A stretch of DNA of 64,000 nucleotides, taken from assembly GCA_035550135.1 (NCBI GenBank), contig DASZQB010000053.1:17782-81781 (forward strand), written 5' to 3'. Numbering within the stretch: position 1 is the first letter of the stretch; each line of letters begins with the position of its first letter. The stretch is from Verrucomicrobiales bacterium (GTDB lineage Bacteria; Verrucomicrobiota; Verrucomicrobiia; Verrucomicrobiales; V1-33). A model generated the notes under the pieces. It did not search any database and was not told where the DNA came from. It saw only the letters and a list, made by a program, of their open reading frames with translations. The translations under genes and the position numbers were made by a program. Of the stretch, positions 18,612-27,023 are shown in pieces.

Positions 18612-20357
18612 ATGCCAGGACTCATTAACTCTGTAGCGGGCACTTGTGCGGGCAGTTACCGCAAGCTGATGGGCCGGGCCGTAAAGGTGGGAGCGCCCGC
18701 AGGAGGGCTGGTGGGGATGATGGGGGATCTCGGCGCGCCGGTCGCGGACCTGGCCCTGTATTTCGTCTGCGGGAGTGCCGTCATCACAGCGCTGGCCGGT
18801 TTTATGTGGTTTGGAAAGCGACGGAAGGCTCTTAGATTAGCGCTGGCGGACGGGAAGATCACTCAGGCGGAACTGGAGAACGCGACGGAGAGCAACGGGT
18901 GGTCTGTGACGTTCGCCTTCGGATTGGTGGCAACGGCGGTGCTCGGGCTGGTGTTCATCGCTCAGGCGGTGACGCCAAAGCCCGAAGAGGGACCGGAGCG
19001 GGGCGTGCTTGCCACGGTGATTCCTGCGCTGCAGAAAATGCAGGACTCACTCTTCAACATCGAGAAGCGGGTGGAGCGGATCGAGACGGTTACGACAGCG
19101 ACAAAAGAGCAGACGGGGAGGATTGAAACCAAGACGGATCAGGTGCTGACAAAGATCGATGACATGAGCCGGCTGTTTGAGGAGGTATCGAAAAAGGACG
19201 GTATGATCGCTGATCCGAAATCGCCGGTGGAGCACTATCACAACGCGCGGTATGCCGAATTGAAATCGGACTTCGGCGCGGCGCGGAAAAGTTATACGGC
19301 GTTCCTCGCTTCGGGCGTGGATTTCCTCGATCCATATCTGGGTTACATCGATGTGCTGAAGATTCAGGAGGGACTGGATGGAGCCAAGGAGGTGGTGACG
19401 GCGATGCGGAAGAACAATTCGGCGCTTTCGCTGGAAGCGGCCGCGGCGCTGCTGCAGGGGAGGGAGGCGCGGGTTTCTTCGCTCAAAGCGCTTCTGGAGC
19501 GGCAACCGGAGTTTGCGCCTGCGGCTTATTTGTTGAGCCGCGAGTACTCAGCGGAGAAACTGGGAGAGCAGACGATCGCCGACAAAAAAGAGGAGAAGGC
19601 GGCATTGGTGAAATTCCGGGAACTGGATAAGAACGGGCAGTTTCAAAAGTATGTTCTGGATAAGAAAGAAGGAGTGAAGTGGCTGGCGGAGGCGGATGCG
19701 CGTTTTGCCAAACTGGCGGCAATATCGGAGGGCGTGCTGGAATCTCCTGTGACTCTTTCTCCTCAGTGGGGTTCGGACGGGTGGATACTGCAGTTCACGT
19801 TTACGGACTACAAAGTGAAGAGTTTGTCCTATCGTCTCGACGGGAAGGGGGAGTTTGTGGAGACGGGTTTTGGTTCGCTGAAGAATCCGCAGACGGGGCT
19901 GCCGATGCCGAACTTTGCGGTGAATGCAGGATCCCTAACACCGGGAGATCATTCGGTGGAGGTGCAGTATGCGGACATGAACGACAAGACCAACGGTCCC
20001 TTCAAACTGAAGTTCAACACGGTGTCCACCGCGCTGGCGGGCAGCAAGAACATCCTGAGCCGTCTGTCAGGCTCGTGGGTCTCCTTCACCAGCAATCCGG
20101 TTTCCGGCAAGCCGATGCTCTACTTCACCACGCTGCTGGGCCATCGTGGAATATTGAAAACCATCCGTTATTCATTGGATAATGATACACTTGACAAGAC
20201 GCTGCCTTTCAAGGCGCCGGTCCCGGGGGAGGATGCAGGGACGGTAGGGGAGGGGCCGGTTTATATCATCGTGCCGGACGGCACGAAGTCGGCTTCGGTT
20301 CAGTTGGAGTTTGTGGACGGGACAGTTTCAGAAAAGAAGACGTATTTGAGACAGTGA
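18612..20357 (+). CDS. Hypothetical 581-aa membrane protein (2 TM + coiled coil + TPR-like helices + two beta-rich C-terminal modules)
   Basis: TM helices LALYFVCGSAVITALAGFMWF and WSVTFAFGLVATAVLGLVFIA. Heptad-like IEKRVERIETVTTATKEQTGRIETKTDQVLTKIDDM. No motif I recognise. Confidence 0.6.
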   Translation: MPGLINSVAGTCAGSYRKLMGRAVKVGAPAGGLVGMMGDLGAPVADLALYFVCGSAVITALAGFMWFGKRRKALRLALADGKITQAELENATESNGWSVTFAFGLVATAVLGLVFIAQAVTPKPEEGPERGVLATVIPALQKMQDSLFNIEKRVERIETVTTATKEQTGRIETKTDQVLTKIDDMSRLFEEVSKKDGMIADPKSPVEHYHNARYAELKSDFGAARKSYTAFLASGVDFLDPYLGYIDVLKIQEGLDGAKEVVTAMRKNNSALSLEAAAALLQGREARVSSLKALLERQPEFAPAAYLLSREYSAEKLGEQTIADKKEEKAALVKFRELDKNGQFQKYVLDKKEGVKWLAEADARFAKLAAISEGVLESPVTLSPQWGSDGWILQFTFTDYKVKSLSYRLDGKGEFVETGFGSLKNPQTGLPMPNFAVNAGSLTPGDHSVEVQYADMNDKTNGPFKLKFNTVSTALAGSKNILSRLSGSWVSFTSNPVSGKPMLYFTTLLGHRGILKTIRYSLDNDTLDKTLPFKAPVPGEDAGTVGEGPVYIIVPDGTKSASVQLEFVDGTVSEKKTYLRQ

Positions 20358-20358
20358 G

Positions 20359-21471
20359 TCAGATCCACCGCACGCAGAAGACGGGCGGGAGTTCGGCGCT
20401 GAGGCGCGACCATGACTGACCGGCGTCCTCGCTCAGCCAGAGAGATCCGGTGGTGGAACCCATGACGAGGCGGTTGCCGGTTTTGTCCACTTCGAGGGCG
20501 TGACGATAGATAAGGTGCCATGCATCTTCGGCGGGCAGGCCTTCGCCGAAGGATTCGAACGTGTTCCCGCCGTCGCGCGTGCGGGTGATGGAGACGCGGC
20601 CCTCGCAGGGAATGCGTTTTTCATCGCTCAGGGCGGGGACGAACCATGCGGTGTTGGCATCGTTAGGGTGAACGGCCACGGCGAACCCGAAGTCAGAGGG
20701 CGCGATGTCCTTGATCTGATCCCACGAGACGCCGCCGTCGCGGGAGCGAAAGACGCCGCTGTGATGCTGAATCCACATGGCGTCCGGATCGGCGGGGCAC
20801 GAGACCATGCGGTGAGGGTCCTGGATACCGGGGTCTTCGGCTTTCTCCGGCGGCATGTAACCGGCGCGCATGCCTTTGCCGATCAGGCTCCATGTTTCGC
20901 CGCCGTCCCCGGTGCGCCACACGCCGCCGCAGGAGATGGCGAGGGTGACGCGCTGCGAATTGCGCGGGTCCACACAGATGGAGTGAATGCCGGGATAATC
21001 ATACCCGCCGCCGAACCATCCGCCGCGTTCGGGCCGGTCCCACAAAGAGCGGACCAGCGTCCAGTCTGCGCCGTGGTTCTCTGACTTGAACAATCCGCCC
21101 GGGATGGTGCCGCACCACAGGACGCCGGGCTGGTCTGCGCCGCCGGCTTCCAGAGACCAGATCATTTGGAGGGACCAGGGGATTTCGGTGCCGCGCATGG
21201 GATCGAGCACGGGTGGTGCATCCTCCGGTTTGGGCGGAAAGGCGGGAGCCGGGAGTTCCTCCCATGTGGCACCGCCATCGCGGGAGCGGTGCATTTTGCT
21301 TCCGAAGTGGCCGTGATCCACGGCGGCGTAGAGAGAGCCGTCGCGCGCGTCGGGGAGAACCATGGGCACGCGCACACCTTCAAAGGCGCGGTGGGTCACT
21401 TTCCAGCCCGATCCGTTTTTTTCGTAAACGAAGAGGCCTTTGCGGGTGCCGGTCAGGAAACGGTTGCTCAT
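20359..21471 (-). CDS. Cytoplasmic BNR/Asp-box repeat beta-propeller protein (sialidase-fold, function unknown)
   Basis: Five Asp-boxes: SRDGGATW, TGDGGETW, SRDGGVSW, TRDGGNTF, SEDAGQSW. No signal peptide. Confidence 0.8.
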   Translation of the reverse strand: MSNRFLTGTRKGLFVYEKNGSGWKVTHRAFEGVRVPMVLPDARDGSLYAAVDHGHFGSKMHRSRDGGATWEELPAPAFPPKPEDAPPVLDPMRGTEIPWSLQMIWSLEAGGADQPGVLWCGTIPGGLFKSENHGADWTLVRSLWDRPERGGWFGGGYDYPGIHSICVDPRNSQRVTLAISCGGVWRTGDGGETWSLIGKGMRAGYMPPEKAEDPGIQDPHRMVSCPADPDAMWIQHHSGVFRSRDGGVSWDQIKDIAPSDFGFAVAVHPNDANTAWFVPALSDEKRIPCEGRVSITRTRDGGNTFESFGEGLPAEDAWHLIYRHALEVDKTGNRLVMGSTTGSLWLSEDAGQSWSRLSAELPPVFCVRWI

Positions 21472-21506
21472 AGGGCAGGGCGTTTGTGGAGTGTTAGTGG
21501 AAATTG

Positions 21507-21776
21507 CTAGCCGCCGGAAAGGGCCTGCAGGAGGAAGATCTCGGAATTTTCGCGAACGGCATCCGACTGTGCAGCACGATCGGTCAGGGGTTCGCCGTCG
21601 AGGAAAATCGTGACGTGTTTTCTGACAGCGCCCTGGTCATCGAGGACGTAGCTGCGCAGGGCAGGGGTGATGGCGAAGGTATTTTGCAGGGCCTCGCGCA
21701 CGGTGGTCCCCGCCACTTCACCGCCGCGGGCGGGACAGACGCTCATGAGTGACGGGGCGAGAGTGACGCGGGGCAT
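21507..21776 (-). CDS. MoaD/ThiS family ubiquitin-like sulfur-carrier/modifier protein ending in Gly-Gly
   Basis: 89 aa. ...VTIFLDGEPL... beta-grasp pattern. The C-terminus LSGG is followed directly by the stop codon. Confidence 0.8.
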   Translation of the reverse strand: MPRVTLAPSLMSVCPARGGEVAGTTVREALQNTFAITPALRSYVLDDQGAVRKHVTIFLDGEPLTDRAAQSDAVRENSEIFLLQALSGG

Positions 21777-21818
21777 GGCGGATTTAACAATATGGACTTT
21801 GGTGTGGCAAGTGGCGGG

Positions 21819-22583
21819 CTACAGGTCCGCGGTCACTGACTGGAGGAAGGCCTTGTGAGTATTGACCCGGTCGGCGAGGGAGAATTCGGAGGGTGTCTCG
21901 AAGGTTAGGGTGTTCTGCGTGTTGTGCATGAAGAGCGCGACGGCTTCCGGCAGACCGGGCATGGCGGGAATTCTCCTCCGGCGAATGACGGCGTTTTTGG
22001 CGGGGCGTCCGTCGATGCTGGGACGGGGATCGCGCGGGATGATGTGCTCGCAGGCGCGCAGGGCGGTTTCTGCGATGCAGAGACGCGGGTTGTGGTAGAG
22101 TTCGTAGCAGTAGATTCCCTGGCCATCGTAGTCCTCGTGGAGGCAGATGCCGGTGGTGAAGGTCATGTCGCTGATGCACTTCCACCACGCTTTAATGTGC
22201 GGATGGCTGGCATCGTGAAAGCGGCGGTTGAGGTCGATGTGTCGGTGATCGGCGCGGGTGTTGAGTGAGAGACCGGCGGGATTGAGGATGGGGAATATGG
22301 CGACCGGCAGGCGGCGGAGGAGGGCGGTGTTTTCCTCCGCCCACGCGAGCAGGCCGGAAGGGCCGGCCGGCTCGTCACCGTGGATGCCCGCGGAGATATA
22401 AAGGCGCGGGGCATCAGTTTGCGGAGAATGAATGAAAACGACCGGGAGCCCGCCCGAGACAAAAGCGGTGCGGATTTCCAGGCCCGTAGATTTTGCCAGG
22501 GCCTTCCAGCGTTCCAGGAGGAACGGCACGTCGTGAGAGCGGTGACTGCGAAGGAAGGCGGCGGAATTCATAGGGCGGAGCAA
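21819..22583 (-). CDS. M14 family zinc carboxypeptidase-like protein (succinylglutamate desuccinylase/aspartoacylase-type)
   Basis: ISAGIHGDEPAGPSGLL (H..E zinc site), FPILNPAGL, NRRF, and a later ICLHED histidine. Confidence 0.75.
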   Translation of the reverse strand: MLRPMNSAAFLRSHRSHDVPFLLERWKALAKSTGLEIRTAFVSGGLPVVFIHSPQTDAPRLYISAGIHGDEPAGPSGLLAWAEENTALLRRLPVAIFPILNPAGLSLNTRADHRHIDLNRRFHDASHPHIKAWWKCISDMTFTTGICLHEDYDGQGIYCYELYHNPRLCIAETALRACEHIIPRDPRPSIDGRPAKNAVIRRRRIPAMPGLPEAVALFMHNTQNTLTFETPSEFSLADRVNTHKAFLQSVTADL

Positions 22584-22600
22584 AGGGGTGCTCCGTTTGG

Positions 22601-23584
22601 TTAGGGGATCAGTTCCTTTACGGCCTCGCGTTCCTCTTTCAGTTCGTTGATGGTCGCATCGATCTTCGATTGGGCGAAGGCGTCGTTTTGGAGGCCCTGG
22701 ACGATTTCAACCTTTTTGCCGTCGGTGCGGATGGGGAAGCCGACGATGAGGCCTTTCTCAATGCCGTAGCTGCCGTCGGAGGGGACGCAAACGCTGGTCC
22801 AGTCACCGGCGGGGGTGGGAGTGGTGAGACTGCGGACGGTATCGACGACGGCATTGGCGGCACTGGCGGCACTGCTGGAGCCGCGCGCGGCGATGATGGC
22901 TGCGCCGCGCTGCTGCACGGTTTTGATAAAATCGCCCTTCAGCCATTCGTGGTCGCTGATGACATCGGCAGCCGGCTGGCCGCCGATTTTGGCGTGCGCG
23001 AAATCCGGAAACTGGGTGGAGGAATGGTTGCCCCAGATGGCCATGTTCGTGACGTCGCTGGAGTGGCGGCCCGACTTGGCGGCAAGCTGGCTCTTGGCGC
23101 GGTTTTCGTCAAGACGGGTCATGGCGAACCAGCGGTCCGCGGGGAGATCGGGAGCGTTGCTCTTGGCGATGAGGCAATTCGTATTGCAGGGATTGCCAAC
23201 GACGAGCACGCGCACGTCGGATGCTGCATTGCGGGCAATCGCCTGGCCCTGGCCGATGAAGATCTTTCCGTTGATGTTAAGGAGGTCCTTCCGCTCCATG
23301 CCCGCTTTGCGCGGGACGCTGCCGACGAGCAGCGCCCAGCTCACGCCGCGAAAGGCTTCGTCCATATTGGCGGTGGGCACGACGCCGCGCAGGAGCGGGA
23401 AAGCGCAGTCGTCGAGTTCCATGACAACGCCATTGAGGGCCGGCAGCGCGGGTTCGATTTCCAGCAGATGGAGGATGACCGGCTGGTCCGGGCCGAACAT
23501 GGAGCCGGAGGCGATGCGAAAGAGCAGGGAATAACCGATCTGGCCGGCAGCGCCGGTAACAGCCACGCGAATAGGGTCTTTCAT
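22601..23584 (-). CDS. mdh: Malate dehydrogenase (NAD-dependent, cytosolic-type 327-aa form)
   Basis: [27 protein letters not shown] Rossmann start, [27 protein letters not shown]. The ORF-track extension to 23992 is spurious. Confidence 0.95.
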   Translation of the reverse strand: MKDPIRVAVTGAAGQIGYSLLFRIASGSMFGPDQPVILHLLEIEPALPALNGVVMELDDCAFPLLRGVVPTANMDEAFRGVSWALLVGSVPRKAGMERKDLLNINGKIFIGQGQAIARNAASDVRVLVVGNPCNTNCLIAKSNAPDLPADRWFAMTRLDENRAKSQLAAKSGRHSSDVTNMAIWGNHSSTQFPDFAHAKIGGQPAADVISDHEWLKGDFIKTVQQRGAAIIAARGSSSAASAANAVVDTVRSLTTPTPAGDWTSVCVPSDGSYGIEKGLIVGFPIRTDGKKVEIVQGLQNDAFAQSKIDATINELKEEREAVKELIP

Positions 23585-23591
23585 AGAGGAA

Positions 23592-24440
23592 TTAGGATGT
23601 GGGATTTGAAAGCTGGAGCGCGTTTCTGGCACGGCGGGATGATTCCGGCAAGAGATGGTTTTCCAACAGGTCGATGAGGCCGGGATCGGAGGAGAGTTCG
23701 ATGAGCAACTGAGAGAGGAGGGCTTCGTCGTCTTCGCCGGGGGCGGGCGTGGGAGGCGAGACGGGACTTTTTTGAGAGGTTTGAATTGGTTTGAAATAGC
23801 CTGATTCCCGGTTGGAGCAGGAGGGCAGGGGAGGGGTTGGTGCGTTGCGGGGAGTATGAGTAAGAGTGGGAGTATGAGTAGGAATGGGCGGATCGGGGTT
23901 GGCTTGAATTGGTTTGAATTTGCCTGATTCCCGGTTGGAGCGGGAGGGGCGGGGATGCTGAGGAGGCTTGGGTTGACGGGGCGGAATACCATTCCGTGCT
24001 CCGTGGCTGGCGCGGCGGAGGGCGGTGAGGCCGGGGATGAGGGAGGAAAGGTGTTTGAGTTCCGCGGGAGGCGGGACGTCTGGATGAAGAGTTAGGTGCG
24101 AGACGGTGTCGGCGAGGCGGGCGGAGAGGAGGCGGCAGGCGCGGTCGGCCATGTCGTGGCCGATCTTTTCCAGTTCATCGGTGGAACCGGTGGTGCCGGC
24201 GGCGCGATCCAAAATGTCTTTGCGGGTTAGCCATTCGGCGAAGCCGCCGTGACGCCACTCGGAAAGATTTTGGTGGTTGATGGGTTTTCCGTGGAAGAAG
24301 GCGGCGAGGATTTCTTTGACCTCCGGGAGTTCGTTGAGCCACGCGAGGAGGATACGTCCTGGAGTGGCGCATTCCATGAGGTGGTTCACTTCTTCGCGAA
24401 GGTCATGGGGGAGTCGTGCGATTTTGCCGGTGCGTGACAT
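23592..24440 (-). CDS. Hypothetical protein (structured N-terminal approx. 130 aa; proline-rich C-terminal half built on DNA repeats)
   Basis: Open for 282 codons and ends 7 nt before the mdh start. The C-terminal half overlaps the repeat family described below, so the true extent is uncertain. Confidence 0.45.
   Translation of the reverse strand: MSRTGKIARLPHDLREEVNHLMECATPGRILLAWLNELPEVKEILAAFFHGKPINHQNLSEWRHGGFAEWLTRKDILDRAAGTTGSTDELEKIGHDMADRACRLLSARLADTVSHLTLHPDVPPPAELKHLSSLIPGLTALRRASHGARNGIPPRQPKPPQHPRPSRSNRESGKFKPIQANPDPPIPTHTPTLTHTPRNAPTPPLPSCSNRESGYFKPIQTSQKSPVSPPTPAPGEDDEALLSQLLIELSSDPGLIDLLENHLLPESSRRARNALQLSNPTS
23778..23954. repeat. Two copies of a 54-nt direct repeat (23778-23831 and 23901-23954), period 123 nt
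   Basis: GGTTTGAATTGGTTTGAAATAGCCTGATTCCCGGTTGGAGCAGGAGGGCAGGGG versus GGCTTGAATTGGTTTGAATTTGCCTGATTCCCGGTTGGAGCGGGAGGGGCGGGG: 48/54 identical by eye. Confidence 0.8.
23961..24004. repeat. Dispersed repeat block with CGGAAT-nnn-ATTCCG inverted-repeat core (copy A)
   Basis: AGGAGGCTTGGGTTGACGGGGCGGAATACCATTCCGTGCTCCGT. About 37/45 identical to 30504-30548. Confidence 0.7.
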
Positions 24441-24611
24441 GGGGACGTGATCTTGGTGTTAAGATACGACGGTGATTATACGAAAAAATGTCAAATGGAT
24501 TCAGTGGTTAGGAAGGAGGAAATATGGTTTTGCGCCCGTCGTGCAATTGCACGCAAATTGATTCGCGGGCGCGCACCTGCGTGCATGACGCCGTATTTTG
24601 TGTTGCTGCGA

Positions 24612-25127
24612 TTACCGGGGAGAATTCCCGTGCTCCCTTGTGAGGATGTCTATAATATCAGTCGCTTTCTTTTCTTTAGCGAAACGGAGCGCTCCTTCTC
24701 CAGCAACGCTTTCCCAGTCGAGATCCACGCGGTTTTCGATCAGAAGCTCGACGATGTCCTTCGATTCGGAATCAATGGCCCACATCAAAACCGATCCTGA
24801 GTCATTGTGTTCGTTTACATCTGAACCATTTCGAATGAGTAGTCTGCACGCCTCGAGTTGCGCTCCTTTGGCGGCCCTCATCAGTGGCGTCATTGCATGC
24901 ATGCCTGTTCCTTTCGGATTTACCCCTTCCTTGATCAAATCCCGGATGGTGTCAAGATCGCCCCGCTCCGCGGCGGCCCCCATTCTATCAGATTGAAGGA
25001 ACTTATGGATGCTGCTGCAAACCAATACCGATAAAACTGCAATCAGACAATAAAGGATCAACCGTCGCGCACCAAAAGCAGTCTCAAGGCGCTTGAGGTG
25101 CCGTGGTTTCATAGAGGTTCCATCCAT
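24612..25127 (-). CDS. Membrane-anchored ankyrin-repeat protein
   Basis: N-terminal TM LILYCLIAVLSVLVCSS, then 3-4 ANK repeats (DLDTIRDLIKEGVNPKG..MTPLMRAAKGAQLEACRLLIRNGSDVN..SGSVLMWAIDSESKDIVELLIENRVDLD). Confidence 0.8.
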   Translation of the reverse strand: MDGTSMKPRHLKRLETAFGARRLILYCLIAVLSVLVCSSIHKFLQSDRMGAAAERGDLDTIRDLIKEGVNPKGTGMHAMTPLMRAAKGAQLEACRLLIRNGSDVNEHNDSGSVLMWAIDSESKDIVELLIENRVDLDWESVAGEGALRFAKEKKATDIIDILTREHGNSPR

Positions 25128-25168
25128 ATTGGATTATTGCGCCGCGTTGACGCGTGAGAATCCGTCGT

Positions 25169-26710
25169 TCACTTCCTGGCCAATTGTGCTTTGAGGTATT
25201 CGAGCGCAGCCTGGTATTGGACATCTTTTTTTAGTGCCGCATCGCGCTGGTCTGGTGGAGTGGTGTCCCAGAGTCGCTGATAGTTCTCCTCCGGCTGGGA
25301 GGTGTTTGAGGGGGTTGGCTCAAGGGGAGGGGCAATTTGGTCCGGAATCACACCCCAGGTATCCTTCATGGTCATGTCAGGATCGCGTTCCAGACGTGCT
25401 CCCGTGCTGCGGAGCAATTCGGACACCGGCAGTAATAATGATCCGCCGCCCGGAGTTTCAATGAAGTCGCGCATGATGGCCCGTCCTGCCGTGCGGCGCC
25501 CAATAATCGCGGCCCGCCGGTGGTCCTGCAGTGCGGCGGCGACGACCTCCGCCACAGACGAGGTCCAACTGTTTACGAGGACGGCCATCGGGAGTGTCGG
25601 CAATTCATCACCGGTGGTCGCGGCGCGTTCCTCCGTGCGGTCAGGGCTGCGGATGCTTACGATGACGCCCTGTTTAAGAAAAAGATCTGCAATCTTTATG
25701 GCCTGTTCCAGATTGCCTCCCTGAGTATTCCGTAAATCGATCAAATAAGCGCTCGCCGTCTGAGCGATAAGGGCCAGCCGCAAATCCTCCGCTGCGCCGC
25801 GCCACTGGGGCGTACCTTCTTTCGGCTCGTAAAAGGAACTCAGCCCTGTCGTGACGATCCCGTTTTCTGCGATCCGGCGCGGGGAGCCATCGGGATTCAC
25901 GGAGTGACTGAGAATTCCTTCGACGGAAGACGGGCTCCCCTTTTTTCTGGCAAGTTCGATGACGCGTTCCCCGCCATCGGGGAGACGGAAGGTGAGAGAG
26001 ACAGTCGTTCCCTCCGGGCCGCGAATGGCCTGGTGCGCGGCCCTGAGGTTTCCGGCGAACTGTGACCAGGTCCTTCCGTCGATGGCGGTGAGAATCCAGC
26101 CGGGCTGCACGCCGGCCTGCCATGCGGACAACGACCGAATGACTTGAGTCACGTGCATGCCGTTCGAAGATTCCCGAAGCGCAATACCCACACCAAACTC
26201 CGGGAACGACGGGCCGCTGCCTGGTCCACCTCCCATTAATGGAGGTTCGAAATACTCCGCGTGTTGTCCAATGCTCTCCGCAATGCCATTCATTGCGGCA
26301 TTCATCAATTGCGCCCGGTCCGGTTTGGAAAGCGCACGCTGTTCGATGGTCTCAAACATCGACGGGAAAAAAGCCGGGGCGTTCAGTCCAGCGGGAGAAC
26401 CCGATGGTGCCGGCTCGTTGCTGCGCATGACTTTTAGCGCCTCCTCCATCAACAACGCGGCGGCGTCTCTTTCTCCGAGGGTGAGATGGAGCGACGCGAG
26501 CTGGAGCCTTGTTTGGAGGGCAAATTCCTCCGGTGGGTTCGCGTTCAGCAGTGAACGAAGAACGAGGGCTGCGCCGCGGAAATCTCTGGCCGTCTGCTGC
26601 AATTCCCGGGCTTTCTCAAATTGCTTTCTCGCCTCCGCGGCGGTGATTTGAGCGTTCACGAAGCACCGAAGCCCTGCGAGGACCACAAAGGTCAATAACA
26701 TCGTCCTCAT
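25169..26710 (-). CDS. S41 (C-terminal processing/tail-specific) peptidase homologue with N-terminal TPR-like and PDZ regions
   Basis: Signal peptide MRTMLLTFVVLAGLRCFVNA. PDZ-like GVGIALRESSNGMHVTQV...GWILTAIDG. S41 core LIDLRNTQGGNL and VLVNSWTSSVAEVVAAALQD. Confidence 0.8.
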   Translation of the reverse strand: MRTMLLTFVVLAGLRCFVNAQITAAEARKQFEKARELQQTARDFRGAALVLRSLLNANPPEEFALQTRLQLASLHLTLGERDAAALLMEEALKVMRSNEPAPSGSPAGLNAPAFFPSMFETIEQRALSKPDRAQLMNAAMNGIAESIGQHAEYFEPPLMGGGPGSGPSFPEFGVGIALRESSNGMHVTQVIRSLSAWQAGVQPGWILTAIDGRTWSQFAGNLRAAHQAIRGPEGTTVSLTFRLPDGGERVIELARKKGSPSSVEGILSHSVNPDGSPRRIAENGIVTTGLSSFYEPKEGTPQWRGAAEDLRLALIAQTASAYLIDLRNTQGGNLEQAIKIADLFLKQGVIVSIRSPDRTEERAATTGDELPTLPMAVLVNSWTSSVAEVVAAALQDHRRAAIIGRRTAGRAIMRDFIETPGGGSLLLPVSELLRSTGARLERDPDMTMKDTWGVIPDQIAPPLEPTPSNTSQPEENYQRLWDTTPPDQRDAALKKDVQYQAALEYLKAQLARK

Positions 26711-27023
26711 AGGATTTACAACATGCCTCAAAACAGGCTTCGGGCAAGCATCCGCGGTTCTCAAGACCCATTCCCGTGCGCGCCTGCGGAATTCGGATGT
26801 TTCTTGCGCACCTCCGGAGCGCGAAATTTTGGTCCAACCTAACCGGTGGTTCCGCTCGTAAACTCGCTCCACCACCGGCTAATTTGACTTCGTCTGTCTC
26901 CGCTTCGCTCCGGCTCTGTTCGGTCCTCCGGCCCTTCTTTTCGTTAAGTAACCGTCTTACTGCTACGAAGTGCCAATGAGGTATCGGCTTGCGTCTGTGC
27001 GGACCTCCGGACACACTTCCGGT

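Noticed and set aside
20545-20565. GTTCGAATCC (tRNA T-loop-like) on the minus strand
   Set aside because: It lies inside the BNR gene, encoding ...TFESFGEG.... There is no acceptor, D-arm or anticodon-arm context, so it is a coincidental match. I found no tRNA, rRNA, tmRNA, RNase P or SRP RNA signatures in any intergenic gap.
22670-23677. 335-aa plus-strand ORF
   Set aside because: It is antisense to mdh, with G/A/D/R-rich shadow composition.
23778-23954. Possible CRISPR array, because of spaced direct repeats
   Set aside because: There are only two copies, they are 54 nt long with a 69-nt spacer, there are no cas genes, and the repeats are imperfect. They fit better as a dispersed or intragenic repeat family.
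23585-23992. 136-codon N-terminal extension of the malate dehydrogenase ORF
   Set aside because: MDH homologues start at the Rossmann motif ([17 protein letters not shown]). The extension is proline-rich and is generated by the repeat region read in another frame.
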